Shown here one piece after another: positions 38,606-53,243 of a stretch of DNA of 64,000 nt; position 1 is the stretch's first letter, and the number at the start of each line of letters is the position of its first letter. The notes beneath the pieces were generated by a model that did no database searches, had not been told where the DNA came from, and saw only the letters and a list, made by a program, of their open reading frames with translations. Position numbers and translations under genes: made by a program. The stretch lies in assembly GCA_002189035.1 (NCBI GenBank), contig NEEC01000004.1:2356001-2420000 (forward strand). The letters run 5' to 3'. The DNA is from Utricularia gibba (lineage: Eukaryota > Plantae > Magnoliophyta).

Positions 38606-40712
38606 GTGCATGAAGAGAGATCGTTTATAATTGCATTGAAGGAATTAATAGCTAGTGGGTGATGTTGTGAGAATGGATGGAAGCCAAAGTAATGCAATCG
38701 TCTCTTCGAGTTATAATAGTAATCATCTCGTTTGCTGGAAGAGACGAAGATTAGCCATAAAAATCCAAAGAATACAAACACTTACCTAAAGATAGGTAAT
38801 GGAATCTGGTTTGACCACAATAGGCATGATGTTTTGGTGAGGGAAGCCATGTGTAATAAGAGATGAATTATGGTGATGGGAGGGATAAAATAGGAATAAT
38901 GAGAGGTTGTTAGGATAAACATAGACCCCTCCACCCCCACCCCCCTCCTCCAACTACGTTAAGCTTAATCCACCAAAATTTGTTTCATATATATTTAGAT
39001 AAACATGGTTGTGTACCTTAACAACTGTTAACAAACAGAGTTTTAACTTAAAACCCTTGTTAAGGTCCCTTAACATGCATACCAAACAAGACCTACATTT
39101 ACCTTTAAAAACCACATGTTTGTTAGGTTGCAAATGTAGAGAAGTACATAAATTGGTGCATTGAGGGTTGTGAGGAAGCCAAATGGTTAAGATGTTTTGA
39201 ATGCAAAGTGAGAACAGGAAAGGCTATTTATGGGTTGTTTCCGAAAGAAAAAAATGCAAGGAAAAATTCTTTGTGTTTGACAGTCTAAGTTTTACATGAA
39301 TTCAAGCCCTATATGTAGAGCTGGAAAAGAGACTAATAAATTAAATTAAAAAACAAAACGCTAAGCTTTAAATTTTGCACATATTGGTTGCTCTTCCAAT
39401 AGCTCTATTTCCTCTCATTTCCATATTTACCAAAATATGAGAGATTTTTGCCAAAGACCTGTCTACCTTCTTGAGTATATTCATACATTCGGTCAACTCG
39501 TATATCTCCCAACCTTCGTTATTACTTCTCATCCTTTTCTCTACGTGAACCTTTTGAGAAGTTTTGATCTTAACACCCTACCTTAAACGATGCAAGGTCT
39601 GTAAATTGAGTTTTTGACAAAGATATTGCATTCTTTGAACTGGCATACGTTTGACGAAGTGATCTCCCACTTGATCATTAGTATGAATATACTGAGAGAT
39701 TAGATATCCTAAGGCAACTTTCTCTCTAATAAAATGATAGTGAAGTTCGATATGCTTACTGCAAGAGTAATGAATTGGATTGATGGAGAGGTGGAAAGCA
39801 CTTAGGTTATCACAATAAATTGAATTCATGTTACTTCATGAATTGGAATTTTGATCTAGTTAACTCTCAAGTCCTTAAGGAGGAATTGAATTCATGTTAC
39901 TTCGGCTGCTGTTTTGTGCCATTGCTCAATACTTTGCCTTTGTACTTGACCTAGATATTGTGTGTTGTTTCTTTGAGCACCATGAGATTGGATTGCTGCC
40001 AAGAGTCTCACAATATCCGATAACATATCTTCATGTAATTGGACAGCTAGCCCAATCTGCATCTCAGTAGGCACTTATACGAAAGTCAGTGTCTTGCTGA
40101 AACTCGAGGCTGAGCTCTAGGGTTCCTTTCACATAATTGAGTATTCTTTGCACTAACCGGTAGTGAAAGACTGTTGGTTCATTTGGTGAATGAACTGCAC
40201 AACATAATTGACACTATAGGAGATATTTGTTCGTGTGAAAGTAAGATACTACAGTGCTCCAACTAATGCTTTGAAGGTGGTTGGTTCATCAAGTAGATCA
40301 TCATATGAGGGAGTTTGAAGCTTCGAAGCTTGCAGTAATGTACTTGGTAACGGATGGAAAATTTTGAAGATGTCGCAAGTCTAAAGATTTTCCCCATCAA
40401 AAAAAATTTATAAACTGAACAAACAAACCACAAAAAGCAAACGATTTTCAATTGTTCGCTCTATGCATAAACTGGATTGAATGAGGGGTTTTTTGGAAAT
40501 GGTTTCTACTCTAACTTAAATTAATAAAAGACTTCTACTTGTTCCTAAAATAAAAGCAAATAACATAGTCAGTAAATCAGATGATGCAAGTAATTGAACA
40601 TCTTGAATATTGAAAACACGAGATGGAAATTGCACATGTTGAGGACATATGATGCAAGAAATACGATTTTTGAGAAAAGTAAAATTTTTTTTCGATTCTC
40701 CAGTTTTGTATT

Positions 40713-42017
40713 TGTTGCGTGTTGTTTTCTCAATAAATTTTAAATATATAAAAGAGCGTAGTACGAGTATCGATCTTAGGGAGTTAAGTTTTGCGGAAAG
40801 TGTTTTGTAGGATACTTTTACAAAATATCACGGTTTAGTAAAAGGAGGTTTTTGAGATGCAAAAATAAAAGTTACAACCTAAGTGATGGGCCTTGACTAC
40901 GGGACGCAGTTCCTGGGAATGAGATTCCATCTCCTTTGTCTATCCTCGTCTCGGTTTTCACTGATTTCTTCCGCATAGCTGGTTATAGGAGCAAGGAATA
41001 GCCTACTCTCACTTACACTCTGATTGACAAGAAGACACGGGAATAGCTTCATGTGATTCCCTCTTGGACGATTAAGAAGACAAGAGAATTTTCATCGATT
41101 GTCTTCAAAACCAAATGGCGCACGTGTGCCCAACTGTTGCCAATGACCAGTGGCAGGCACGAGGTCACTACCTATCTACTGTCGCGATACCTCAGTCACA
41201 AACAATCCGCTACTTCCCTCAAACCAGTAGGGTTGGAGTTGATGCTCTTCACCTTGATCTTCACCAAAATCCGCAAGGAGTGGCCGGCTACTCATAGACC
41301 TTGACTAGGAGTCGTTACAAAAAGACTACAAATAGATGCGTGGAAGTATGCGAAATCTGAAATGAATTCAGCGAATAACCGAGTGTATTGCTCATGACTT
41401 AGAAGAAAACTTCATCGACTCCCAAAAATTAAAGGAGTTTAGCCCAAAACGACCATGAAAATAGAAAAGAAAATGAAAGCTAAGTGTTCTTCCTCCCTTG
41501 GAGAAGCGGAAGAACTCAAAAAGTTCTAAGTCTCAAAAGAAAAATATCAAAAGTCTAGAGTTGAAAAGTTCAAAAATAAGTGTTCCAAGTTGCTTTTATA
41601 TCAATCCCCACATGCATTAACTCATTATGATTCTTTTCCCATCATTCCTTCTGTCATGTATGTGCCACCAGCTTTCTTTTGTGTGCAAGTTAGTGCCTAA
41701 TCATTTTTGCAAACTTTGACATGCCATAAATCATTTTTGCAAACTTTGATTAGTGTCAGTCTTCTGTCCACAATTATTCCAAGTCGCATACAAGGCACGA
41801 AAAATCAGAGTCTGACCTCCTACAACACTCCACGATTGCTTACTGACATATCTTGGTCAAAGTGTACGAAAAAGACAGAGAAAATATATAGAAAATAAAA
41901 AAAGAGGAATTTTCTAATAAAATCAAATACTTAATAATAACACTCCTAATTTAGGTGACTTAATACTAGATTAAACATAATAATACATAATAATAAGTTA
42001 GAAAATGACACTTAAAA
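40713..42017 (-). mobile_element. LTR, family B (probable solo LTR, TSD degraded: gtatt/ctgtt)
   Basis: Collinear along its whole length with 23835-25152. It sits inside another unclassified insertion (about 40270-42690) that splits the Copia RT. Confidence 0.8.
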
Positions 42018-43381
42018 CTGTTCTCCATTTCTTCTTCCCAATCTGCAAATTTTCAAGCCTCCTTGTCATTCGTTCACGTCTCAACTGCACTTCAATGGCG
42101 AAAATTAGTCTCAGTGATGCTAGAACGCCTCTCCTTCACCTTCTCTTTCACTCCAATCGCCAAAACGTTGTCAAGATGAAAATCTCTCTAAAACAGAAGA
42201 ATCCTTAGGCCAAAAAAAGTCTCCAAAGCAGAGCCTCAGGTTTCGGTTTGTTTGTCCCCCTATAGGTGTGTGTCCTTTAATATTCTATAGAGAAAGGAAT
42301 TTTATTGGCAACTGATCATTTCCTTTCTTTATTCGCACCAGTCATAGTTAGTTGTACCTGTTGCGATCTTCTTGCCTTTTTTCACCAACCTTCCTTATCC
42401 TTCCTCTGCATTCAAACTTGTAATTTCCGTTTGCCCCTATACTCATTACAACTTCAGACTTGTCAAACAATGCAGTCCAACTCAAATGCGCTAGACATAC
42501 ATGGGCTTTGAAGAACAATAAAACCATCCTACACTTGGATTAAGGGGAAAATGACCCAAATCATGTTTTTTATTGAAAATAAATTGACCAAGCGATGCTT
42601 TGGTATTTTCCTTATTCTAACTCACTTAATCCTAATATTCTAACATTGAAATTGACTCAAATACAAAGAAAAATGGTGCAACATCAATTGACTTGCAATC
42701 CTTCATTCCAAATCTGTCCAAAATAGAAAGAGCCTCTTGAGTTCGCGAGAGGTGAAGACCATCTCTTTCATGTGTGATTTCTATAGCTAAGAAATGATGT
42801 AGTGGTCCAAAATCCTTCATTGCAAATGCTGCACTCAAATTATTCAGTAGTTCTTGTTATAGTGCGTCGAACTTCGTGTGAGAATAATGTGGTGGTCTGG
42901 ACATCTATATCGGTTGAGTGGTTTGGATGTCATATGCTCGTAACTTTAGGTTGTTATATTGATTTAGAGTTACAACATCACTGTCATTTGTTTCTATCCC
43001 TACAACATCATTTGGTGCAGATGTTCTTGTTTTTTCATCTTCTAATTCATGTATCCACTCTGCAAAAATTGCTTCAATATTATGTATATTTTTGGTTAGT
43101 CCATTAGCATGTTTGTACGAAAAGCACGATTCATAAAAAACAACATGTCTCAAGACTATGATTTTGTTTCTTGATCAGGGAAAGCATTTATAACCTTTAA
43201 CTACATTAGTATACCCAACGAAGACACATAGGACACTCTTTGGGTTGAATTTATTTTTTCTTGTATCCCAAGCGTAAGGAAAGCACTTGGACCCAAACAC
43301 ACATAAATTAGAATAATCTGGCATTTTATTAAATAACATCATATAAGGTACATACTATTGGGGCTGCTGTTGGTATCCTAT

Positions 43382-44605
43382 TGATAGCACACAAATTTTC
43401 CTATTTTTAAGAAATATGAAAATTAAAACTTTTTAATTATATTTTAGGTGTTTATTTTATGGTTTAAGTATTTTTACAAAAGTTTAGGAAAAGTAGGAAT
43501 TTGTATGCATATGGGCTAAACCCTTTGATTTAGCCTATTCTATATTATTAACCCAATTTGAAGTCGAGTAGAAAATTCCAAAAATAAGGGAAAGGTGCAA
43601 GGATTTCGTGCAAGCATAAAAAGAGAGGATAATGAGTACACTTCCATCATAGCAGACAGCAAGCCAGGTGTAGGAACAACAATGTTGTCAGAGAATTGTA
43701 CTTGCTTAGGGAAATGGAGAAAGAAAGTTTTTTTTTTTTTTTTTTGAGGAGGAAGAGAAAAAAAGAGGAGTGCTTCGACAGAAAAGATTTTTACACACGA
43801 AAAAGCTTCCAAGATCACCAAACCAGAAAGAAGAAGAAGGAGATTAAAGGGGAGAAGACTCTCTCAAAGTGTCTTTGATATCTTCACTATTTTATCTTAA
43901 TGATATCATGTTTCATCTTCCACACGCGAGTAGCTAAACTTAGGGGATGGCTTAAGGTGTAAAATGGTGATATGGGACTAGGGTTCATAACACAATCTAT
44001 TATTTCTTAGATTTTGTTTCTATCATTCTTTGGGTAAACTTAAGGGGGAGTGAATGAATAGCTTTGCAACTCAAATGTTTGATTTAGAGGTAGACCAACA
44101 AATCAAGACAGGAATAATAGGTATTAGTCCTTGGTAGAACCAGTAGAGTCAAGTATATCTAGTTTATATATTTCGCACATGGATAGACCTAAGTGTGGGA
44201 TATGTGATGAAATCAGAGGCTATATTAATCAAAAACATGAGAAATAACCTGCGTAAACTTAGGTTGTTTAGAGTTGTAAGTATAGAAACATTGTAAATTA
44301 AATTAGGAAACTTAGCCCCACATCTTAGTATTACTTTGTACTTGAAACATATATTTGTTACTTTCAGCATTGAAACTTAATCTTATTTATTGAATTCACA
44401 TGATGCTGCTAGTTTGAGCTTAGACTAAGAACAATGTTTCTTTCGAATTTTGCGTCACATAAAATACATTGCAAGTACCAGTTTCTCTTGATCGATCATG
44501 AATTCCACTTTATATATTGGGTTTGTTTTGTATCTTGTAAGAATTATGGCTTATGATACGAAGATTTCATCTTTTGCAATGATTTAAAGAAATTTTCATT
44601 CATCA
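43382..44605 (+). mobile_element. Solo LTR, family A, TSD CCTAT, inserted in the Copia integrase
   Basis: TGatagcac...ttcatCA, with CCTAT at 43377-43381 and 44606-44610. Removing it restores the minus-strand integrase motif VYFMNR|IPT. Confidence 0.88.
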
Positions 44606-47600
44606 CCTATTCATAAAGTAGACTACTGTCCCAAATGCTTTGACCCACATCTTTAGAGGGAGTACACTATGAAATAATAATGTCATCCCATGTTCTATGC
44701 CTATTTTGAAAAGTGGCTTTTTCAAGAATTATTCACAAATTCTCCACCTCCATGTGACTGAAAGACCTTTATTTGTTTCCCAAACTGTCCTTCCACATAT
44801 TTCTGAAACTACATAAATAAATCAACAAAATCAGATTTTTGCCATAAAGGATAAAACCGCATGTATTTTGTGTAATCATCCCTTAAACACGCATAAAATT
44901 GAAATTTATTTAGTGACTCAACTGGTGCAGGTCCTCATAAATCACAAAAAAAAAAATTCAAATGGAGCACTTGAGGTACAAGTACAGGCCAAAAATGATA
45001 ATTTTCCAAGTTTCCATAGGTTACAACTTTCAAAATATGATTGAGACGTTGGCTTGGTCACTTTGGGCAAGATTTTATTTTTCAAGAATGTAAATAATGA
45101 TTTGTGAGGATGCCCTAATCGTTGATGCCAAATATCCTCAGTGTATGATTTGAATTGACTTGAAAAAAAGGCCTGAGGAGAGTTTTGCAACATAAAGGTC
45201 TCCTCTGCAACTTCCCTTTGCCACTCATTTCTCTATTTTAAGTTCCTTGAAAAAAAGAAATTGTTAATAAAATCACAATTAATAGGATATTGGTCGGTTA
45301 ATTGACTAATTGAAAGTAAACTCCTCTTCAATTTTGGAACATATAAGATATTTTTTAATATTAATGTAGTCTATGTACTATGTATATGCGACTCACCAAT
45401 ACCTCTGATTGGTACTAACATCTCCGAAGCCCACATGTTTAGAACCTATATATTTATTTAATGAAGTAAAAATTTTAGTCATACCTGACATGTGATTCGA
45501 CGCTCCAATGTCTAAGATCCACTCTATCTCAGTTAGGTCAGTGTCAAAGGCTAATGCTGCCAAGGCTTTTGATATTTTGGTCTTTTTGAGTTAATGAGAA
45601 TTGTTTACAGTGGTTGATGGGAGTTTCTAGCAGATTTTTGCTATATTCCCCTTGATATTGCAGAACTAGAAAATTTCATCTTTATAGAACTTTTGTTCTT
45701 CTGGAGTCATCCTCCTTTTTCCAAGTGGGAGAAGTTAGGATTGGAAGTTGGATCATTGATTGTTCCTAGTGCTTTGCACTTGAAATCCCCTACCTGTAGA
45801 AGAGAAGTTTTAATATTATTGTACTTATTATTTGGTTGTTGGACTACATTGTATGCAGTTAAAGGGTTGTTTGATTCTCGAAACCAAGCTCTTCTCATCT
45901 CGAAACTTTCCAATTAAGAGATCAATTGTCCATAGTTTGGTTTTGGATCCTTGTTCATTGCAATGATGAATGCATCATAGTCTCTTCCTAGACTATGCAG
46001 CATGTAGGAGATTTTCTCACTGTCAAAAATAGATTTTCTGATCGCTGCTAGGATGTAGTAAATCACCTTGAATTCTAGAAGATGGCCTGTAACGTATTTT
46101 TCTCCTTTTTGCTAGAATGTGAGTCTATGCCATCGAGTGAATTCTCATTCTTCAAATATGCCAGCATAAGTATTTTTCAGGGTATCAAAGATTTCTCAGG
46201 CAATTTCTTATTCAACTACATATATCAGTACTTCTTTTGTAATTTTTCCGATCATCCAGCCGCTAAGAAGACGATCTGCCTTTTTCATTCTTGCTATTAT
46301 CTTGAGATTTGAGAGACAAACTCTCCCTCATGATTGGATGGTCTAGTTATGAAGTTTGTAGGTGGTGTGGCTTCTCCTTTAATGTGATCCACAAGTACAT
46401 GGCTCTACTAAGGCAATGAATTGGAGCCTCCACAGGTTAGAGTTTGTTGAAGTGAGTCTGATGGGCGCAAAGATGCTTACAAAGAAGAAAATGGTGGCCA
46501 TTTATGTTGTTTGGGTAGCTGTTTTGCTGAGGGGAATTCCTTGGGGGAAGCGTAAACAAGATCCGATGTGAAACCTTTCTCTAATACTAGAAAGAAAAAA
46601 TACAAGGAAAAAATTATTTATACTTTGCACTCTAATTTTTACATGAATTCAAGCTCTATATAGAGCTGGTAAAGAGACTAATAAATTCAACTAACAAACA
46701 AAATAGTAAGTTTTAACTTTTGCACGGATTTGATGTTCTTCTAGTGGCTACTTTGCCCCTCGTTCCCATATTTTGCCTTGATTACCAAATATGAGACATT
46801 TTTGCCAAAGATCTATCTTACTTCTCGAATATATTCATAACTTATCTCAAGTCTTCCTTATATCTCGCATCCATACTTATTACTCCTCATCCTTATCTGT
46901 CCATGGACCTTGTGGTAAGTTTGTGATCTTAACAGTTTCTGCTCAGGTGAATGCATGTGCAATCATGATATTTTAATTGCCTCTTTGTTCTGTTTTTTAA
47001 AATGAATGTCACGGTTTCTTTTTCCTTTTTGTTCATCTTATCGTTTGCTCAAGTTGAAAGTGCATGCATGCCGAATTCAACTTCTTTATTTGTGGGGTTT
47101 TGTAGTGAAAGTGTCATAACCTTTACAAGTTTGATTGGAACATATTTTGGTTGCATTATTCAATGTTGGTATGTAGAGATACTATGTAAATAGCATGAAG
47201 TCTCTCTTGTTGATGAATGAGGACAAAGTCAATCCAAAGAAGGTCCTAGAAAATCAAAAGAGATCTATTTTCTATTAGAAGTTTTTTTAGACCATCTGTA
47301 TGCATGTGCATAAGTATTTGAACCTTATTTAATATGTTGCATAACATAGCGATTTTGGCTGTCAATGGTGCATCCTTGAATACACCTCCTCTTCAAAACA
47401 ATCAATCAAAAACTCTTCATGGTATTATAGCTTACAAGGCTACTTGTGAACAAGTATAGTGGATTGATCGTCAAATCAAATAGTCATAAGATGGGAGAGC
47501 AAAACAAACTCACTTAATAGTAGTATCAAACTTTGGTGCAGCTAGGAATCAACACATCAAGACAACGATAAAACTACCACTAATGGATGCTCAAAATCAA

Positions 47601-47699
47601 CATTTTAAAACCCACGTTTGGATTAGGTGGGTATAAATACCTCATTATTTTCAAAAAGCCTAGTTTTCTCAATTCTCTATTCTTCATTTTGCCGATGCT

Positions 47700-49900
47700 A
47701 TCTTCTATCTTTAGAGAACAAGATTGAAATGGATGACTCTAGCAACAACACACATCAATCTCAATCAACCCAATGTTGAAGAACAGATGAAGCATGAGAT
47801 TACATAGGGGAGAGACCTTATTGGGATGGAAAGATGAAACTTTTTTGTTGTTTTACGGATCACAAAATGGGTGGTGGTAGAATTTATCGAGTAAAATAAC
47901 CTCTAGCTTGTCAAAGTGGTGATGTTGCTCCATTTCTTAAGGTACAAACATTCAATAGAAATTTGATAATGCTCTTGAAGTTGGTAGCAAGAAAAAGAAA
48001 AGTCCGGCTAGTATTCACAATTTCTTCCAAGACTGTGAGATTGAAGATCTAGAAAATGCTAAAAAGCATGGTAGTGCAGTAGAAAAAACACAAATTCAAG
48101 CTACTTTGAAGAGGTGTTGGGCTGGAAAAATAGAAATAAAAAAGGCCAAATTAGAGGTGGCAAGTTTTTTTATGATACTAGGATACCTAATAATGCCTCT
48201 GCATCAAGGGATTATAAGTCCATGTTTATTGCTGCAATTAAGCTTGAAGATGTATTTGTTCCCCCTATGAAATTTATCTAACATGTATGAAAAAATTGAA
48301 GCAGGAATTCCAATTGTAGATTGATGATATCAAAAGTGGATGGAAAGCAACTAGATGCACAATTATGGATGATGGATGGATAAATAATTCACATCGCACT
48401 TTGATAAATTTCTTGATTTACAGCCCTCATGATACTATATTTTGGTATTTTGTAGATGCCTCTGACATAGCAAAGAATGTTGAAATCTTGTTCTATCTAT
48501 TTAAAGAAGTTGTTGATTGGCTTGGTCATGAGAATGTAGTTCATATGCTAACAGATAATGCTGTGAATTACGTAGATGTTGATAAATTAGTTAATCACCA
48601 CTATCCTTAAATTAATTGATCCTTATGTGTGGTTGTTTGAATTTGATTCTGAAGTATATTGGCAAGTTGGGAGTGTGTAAAAGCTGAAGTTTCTAGAGCT
48701 CAAAGTGCACAAGATTTATTTACAATCATGTGACATTTTTGGCCAAGTTGAGAAAAAAATATGGTTCCAAAGAAATCAAAGAATCATGTGAAACTAGATT
48801 TACATCAACTTTCATTGTAAGTTCACAAATTTAGGCTTTTGCATTTGATTGTGAGTTCATCTCATCTAGGCTTGGTAGAAGTTGCAAAGGAAGAGACATT
48901 GGAACAATGTTACAAATAGGAGATTGTGAAATGATTGTCTAATTATTGTAAGGTGCATGGAACCTTTGATTAAACTCATGAAAATTTTAGATGGAGATAA
49001 AAAAAACCTTCACTTGGGTATGTTTATGAACGAATACACCAAGCTCATAAGTCCATCAAAAGGATCTTTAATTGTGAAAGATAGTTATACTTCATCTTCA
49101 CTAATATTATCAAGGATCGGTGGGATACTCAACTAAAAAAAGATTTCCATGCTGCTGCATATTTTCTAGATCCATGCCTCTAATATCCATTGCATCGAGA
49201 GAAAATGGAAAAGATTATATGTGATGTAATTGATGTTATTATCAAAAGATTAGATGCTCATGTGGATAAGTGTCTGAATGATATAAAATTGTTTGGAGAG
49301 AGATGAGGGAATTTTGGAATGAGAACTACAACAAAGGTAACTAAGATTATGTTACTACTTATTAAGTGTTTTTGTTTTAGATCGTTTGGATTCTTAATTT
49401 CATCCAAATTATTACAATATCCATTTAATTTGAAGGTGATTGGTCGTTTGGTTTTGATCAAGTGCTCCCGAGATAAAAAGTATGATTGTTAAAGTCCTTG
49501 GACAAACTAGTTCGGCCACGGGTTGTAAAAGAAACTGGAGTATGTTTGATCAAATTCATACAAAATTAAGAAATCAATTGGAACATCACAAATTGAATGA
49601 TCTTCTATACATGCATTATAATAAAAAACTGCATGATAGGTATATTAAATTTATATCTTATGCTCTATTTATTTGCATTCTTGAAGATAATAAATTTGTT
49701 GTTATTACAAGTGGCTTAAAAAACCTATTTCTTTTGATCCAATTGATATTGAGAATCTTCATACAAGTTTTTGAAGAGAGACACAAGAATCTTTGTAAAA
49801 CCTTGAGGAGGGAAGTGATCCCTTTTTGGATTATACAGAGACTGAAAGAATGTTTTATGAAGATCTAGGACCTCCTATAATTGAAGAGGAAAATATTGTT
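47700..49900 (+). mobile_element. hAT transposase remnant (DUF659 type)
   Basis: DGWINNSHRTLINFLIYSP...VDASD...ENVVHMLTDNAVNY (48365-48610) and the dimerisation motif KVLGQTSSATGCKRNWSMFDQIHTKLRNQL (49482-). Termini not resolved. Confidence 0.8.
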
Positions 49901-50081
49901 CATCTTGAAGTTATTCTGTTTTTTAATATTTGCATTAGTATTTGCTTTGAATTAATCCTTCATCTTTTATATTTTAGTTAAAATGTCTTAAAAGTTTAAC
50001 TTAAGAGTGATGAAGATCTAGATTTCACTTCTTTCACTGTTGCAATTTACTTTAATTAATGATTAATATTTCTTGAAATAT

Positions 50082-51026
50082 TAATAGCAAGTGATTTTGT
50101 GTAATATCAAAACATGTTCTTTCATTACTTTTAAGTGTTGTTTTCAGTTACATTAAACTTCACATTCTCATTATTTTCAATTGATTTTGCATCATTCACA
50201 TTAATTTCATTCTTTTGAAGAGAAATTGCATTTTGTAGATTTTTAGGGTATTGCGGATCAATTTTAGGAGAAATCAAGACCCAACAAATTATGGGCTTGA
50301 TGGGCCATAAATCTTAGCTCAAAACTCAGTCAAAGGATAAAGATTTGGACCAACATTTTTGAATAAGATAAAGATTTGAAGATGATATTGAAAGATCTAG
50401 ATAAAAGATTTAGATAGAAAATTTTATCCAAGTCCATCAAGCAAGTTTAATATGAAAATTTGGATCTCCTCTCTTATAAATACCCCACTCTATCAACCAT
50501 TAGAGATGTCTTTGGAGCACTTTTTCTTAACATTTTTTCCTATTTTCGTGTTTATTGTCATGTTAAAGTCAAGCATATGCATGTATATGCTTGTGGCAAA
50601 GGATTTGCAGTAAAGCCTTATTTGCGCAAATCCTATGCATGTAACTGATTTACTATACTTTTCGACATTTAATTTGATGTTTGATTCTGTTTTTCACAAC
50701 GTCTTCTTTATCAATGTGCTCTTTTATAGCACATAAGCCCAAGGGAGTGTGGGGAAAACATAGATTATCATAGAAGGTGAAATGGCTCTAGTTGTGTGGT
50801 TGATTCTATAATTCCTCTAAACAATGGATAATGCTATAATGGTCAATCCTCAAGATTTATACATGTATGGATGAGTTTTGAACAAGGTGAATGCTAGATC
50901 CAAAACCACTTTTATGTTGTTTTTTGAATCTTTTTTTGAAAAAGAAAAATCCAATAAAAATTCCAAGTGGATGCGATCTTATTTTTTAACTTCGAAAGTT
51001 TTTGCACATTTACAGAATTATCATCA
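50082..51026 (+). mobile_element. Probable solo LTR, family C
   Basis: Collinear with 53244-54402 (taaagcctt.tttgcgcaa.tcct; ggatgcgatct...cagaatta.catca). TSD weak (aatat/attac). Confidence 0.65.
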
Positions 51027-51399
51027 ATTACCATTAGTTTACCTGCTATTTTTCGAACGCACATTTGCTTAGACATCTTGAGTTGAGACTTTAATTCAAA
51101 TTTGTATACTTGTGCACTAATTTATGAGATGCTATCTTTTGAAATCTTTTAAGATTCGTAAGTCATTGAGAATATTATAATGAATCTATCAGAACATTTA
51201 TAAGTGAAACTCTATGTTATTGTACTTGAAGGAAATATGAGAAAAGTGTTGGGAAATGAGGAAAAAACGACTTTCTTAGGGTTTATAGTTGAACTATAGT
51301 CCTCTAAAAAGAGAATGCAAATTAGGTAGAAGCGTAGTTTGACAAACATCAAAAGTAAATTATTTCTATTCTCAAAAAAATCTACTAACTAGAACTTAA

Positions 51400-52540
51400 T
51401 GTCAAATAAAAATACTAAAGTTGTATCAAATGCAAAATCAAAAGGATATCCCTATTTCAACAAAACAAATCACACTTCAGTGACTTGTTAGAGAAAAAGT
51501 GAATCTGTGTATTCATTGCTTCAAACCATTCCATGAATCAAAGGCATGCTGATTCCGACCTAATGCAATCCACACTCATTGCAAAGAGAAGAGACATGAT
51601 GAAAAGGTTTTAAAATAAAGAAGGGAGAACCAGAATAGATGAGGAATGTGTAACAAACAATTATGCTATCTTACAAAATGAAGTAGAAAATCTCATTCTT
51701 AGATGCTTGCAATTCTAAGTTTGCATTGATGACCTATCAATGAAAACAAACAAAAATATGGTATATCGATGATAGTGCTACCAGTCACATTTGCAAAGAA
51801 TTGAAATTCTTCCCACAATTCATGAAAATACCTAAAGGAAATGTATGGAAAAGATATTATTCACCTACTAGTGGTAGCTGGATTTTTGACAATTGAGAAT
51901 GTTTTCTACGCACCTCAAGTCGTGTAGAATTTACTCAGCCTTGGTCAACTACAAAAAACAAAACTTTGAATTGGAAATACAAATGGAAGGAGTTAAAAAA
52001 AATTGAACCAAAAACTTTCAAAAAAAACTAGAGTGATCATACTTGAAGAAATTAAGATCTGATAACATAAGGGAGTTTTCACCTAAATTATTGAATGAAT
52101 AATGTAATAGTGAAGGCATAACTCGTGAGTTTACAACATGCTAGATGCAAAAAAATGGAGTTATTTAAAGGAAAAACGGAACCATATTAAACATGCCAAG
52201 ATGTCTATTATTTGAAAAGTATATGTTACTACTTTTTAAGGTAGAGGTAGTTGTGGCAAATATCTACCTATTAAATCTACTTTTCTAAGGACTATAAACA
52301 GTAAAACAACATGGTAACTATGATCAGAGAGAAAAATGTATGTTGGTCATATGAAAGCATTTGGTTCCATATGGTATGTACATCTATCAGAAGAAAAGTT
52401 TTCGTTGGATACAAAATCAAAAGGTTTTCAAAGGGACGAGTGTAGCTGGGTATTATTGAGTGTCAAAATCCCACACTCTATATATTATCTTGATCGACCG
52501 AGTGTCACTTTGCCTAAACGATTAGGTGTCACTATGTCTT
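51400..52540 (+). mobile_element. Degenerate Copia protease/integrase fragment
   Basis: DDSATSHIC-type protease motif (about 51770) and EGITREFTT...QKNGV..RKNGTILNMPRCL integrase motif (about 52110-52210). Confidence 0.6.
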
Positions 52541-52559
52541 GATGACCGAGTATGAGGAC

Positions 52560-53243
52560 ATGTAATCCATTGAAAGGTTTTCTCTTAATATGTTTCTCTC
52601 TCTATTCTTCATATTGATTCACGAATAAGAATTTAATTGGGTAAATAGATGTTTCATATTTATTATATGCATAATTGCTTCAATATGATATCAATTTATG
52701 TCAATGATCATGTTGTTCAGTGTGAGATTTGCTAATGCATAAGGAATAGTCATGATGCGAGGGTCTGCTTGCTTATGAACAAGTCACTTACAAATCTTAT
52801 TCATATGACTGAAAACATAAAAAATTTGGCATATTGCATTTTTGTACAACTCTCTTTCCTATAAGGGCATGGGTTGATGATGGTAGGTGTCTTTGATGAG
52901 ATAAAACACATTATTGTTGTAGACAATTTTCATTGGAAGTATTTAGATTTTGTTAGTTGGCCTATTTGGTATTCATGAGTGGATCTATGTTCTCTGATGA
53001 AGGCCATAAGATTGTGGATTGTGGAGAATTGCCAATCCGCTACCTCATTCAGCTTACATCGCATTTCATAACTATTAAGTGAGGGATCAAGTCTCCATCA
53101 TCAACATCTCCAATAGTAGCTAAGGTATCTACAAAACACTTGAATTTGAGAAGGTAATCATTAGGTTCTTCGTCAAATGGTCTTTGAATCTTAACAAGTT
53201 TGTACAATATGGCATAATGTTGTTCCTTCAATATTTTGAACAT
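52560..53243 (-). mobile_element. Degenerate Copia gag fragment
   Basis: DYLLKFKCFVDTLATIGDVDDGDLI (53049-53243) resembles the Copia gag consensus YL..IK.L.D.LA.IG.PV.D.DL. Confidence 0.5.

Larger units (their letters stand above)
39242..46934 (-). mobile_element. Degenerate full-length Ty1/Copia element, LTRs 39242-39575 and about 46590-46934, TSD GTTTC, with nested insertions
   Basis: Both LTRs end gatcttaaca on the + strand. A degenerate PBS ctctaatacta lies at 46579-46589 and a PPT next to 39576. Domains: gag-pre-integrase WHQRLGHP (about 45110), integrase WVKAFGTVVYFMNRIPT, RT MKDFGPLHHFLAIE, RNase H YCDNLSA...SKHIELHYHFIREKV. GTTTC at 39237-39241 and 46935-46939. Confidence 0.88.
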
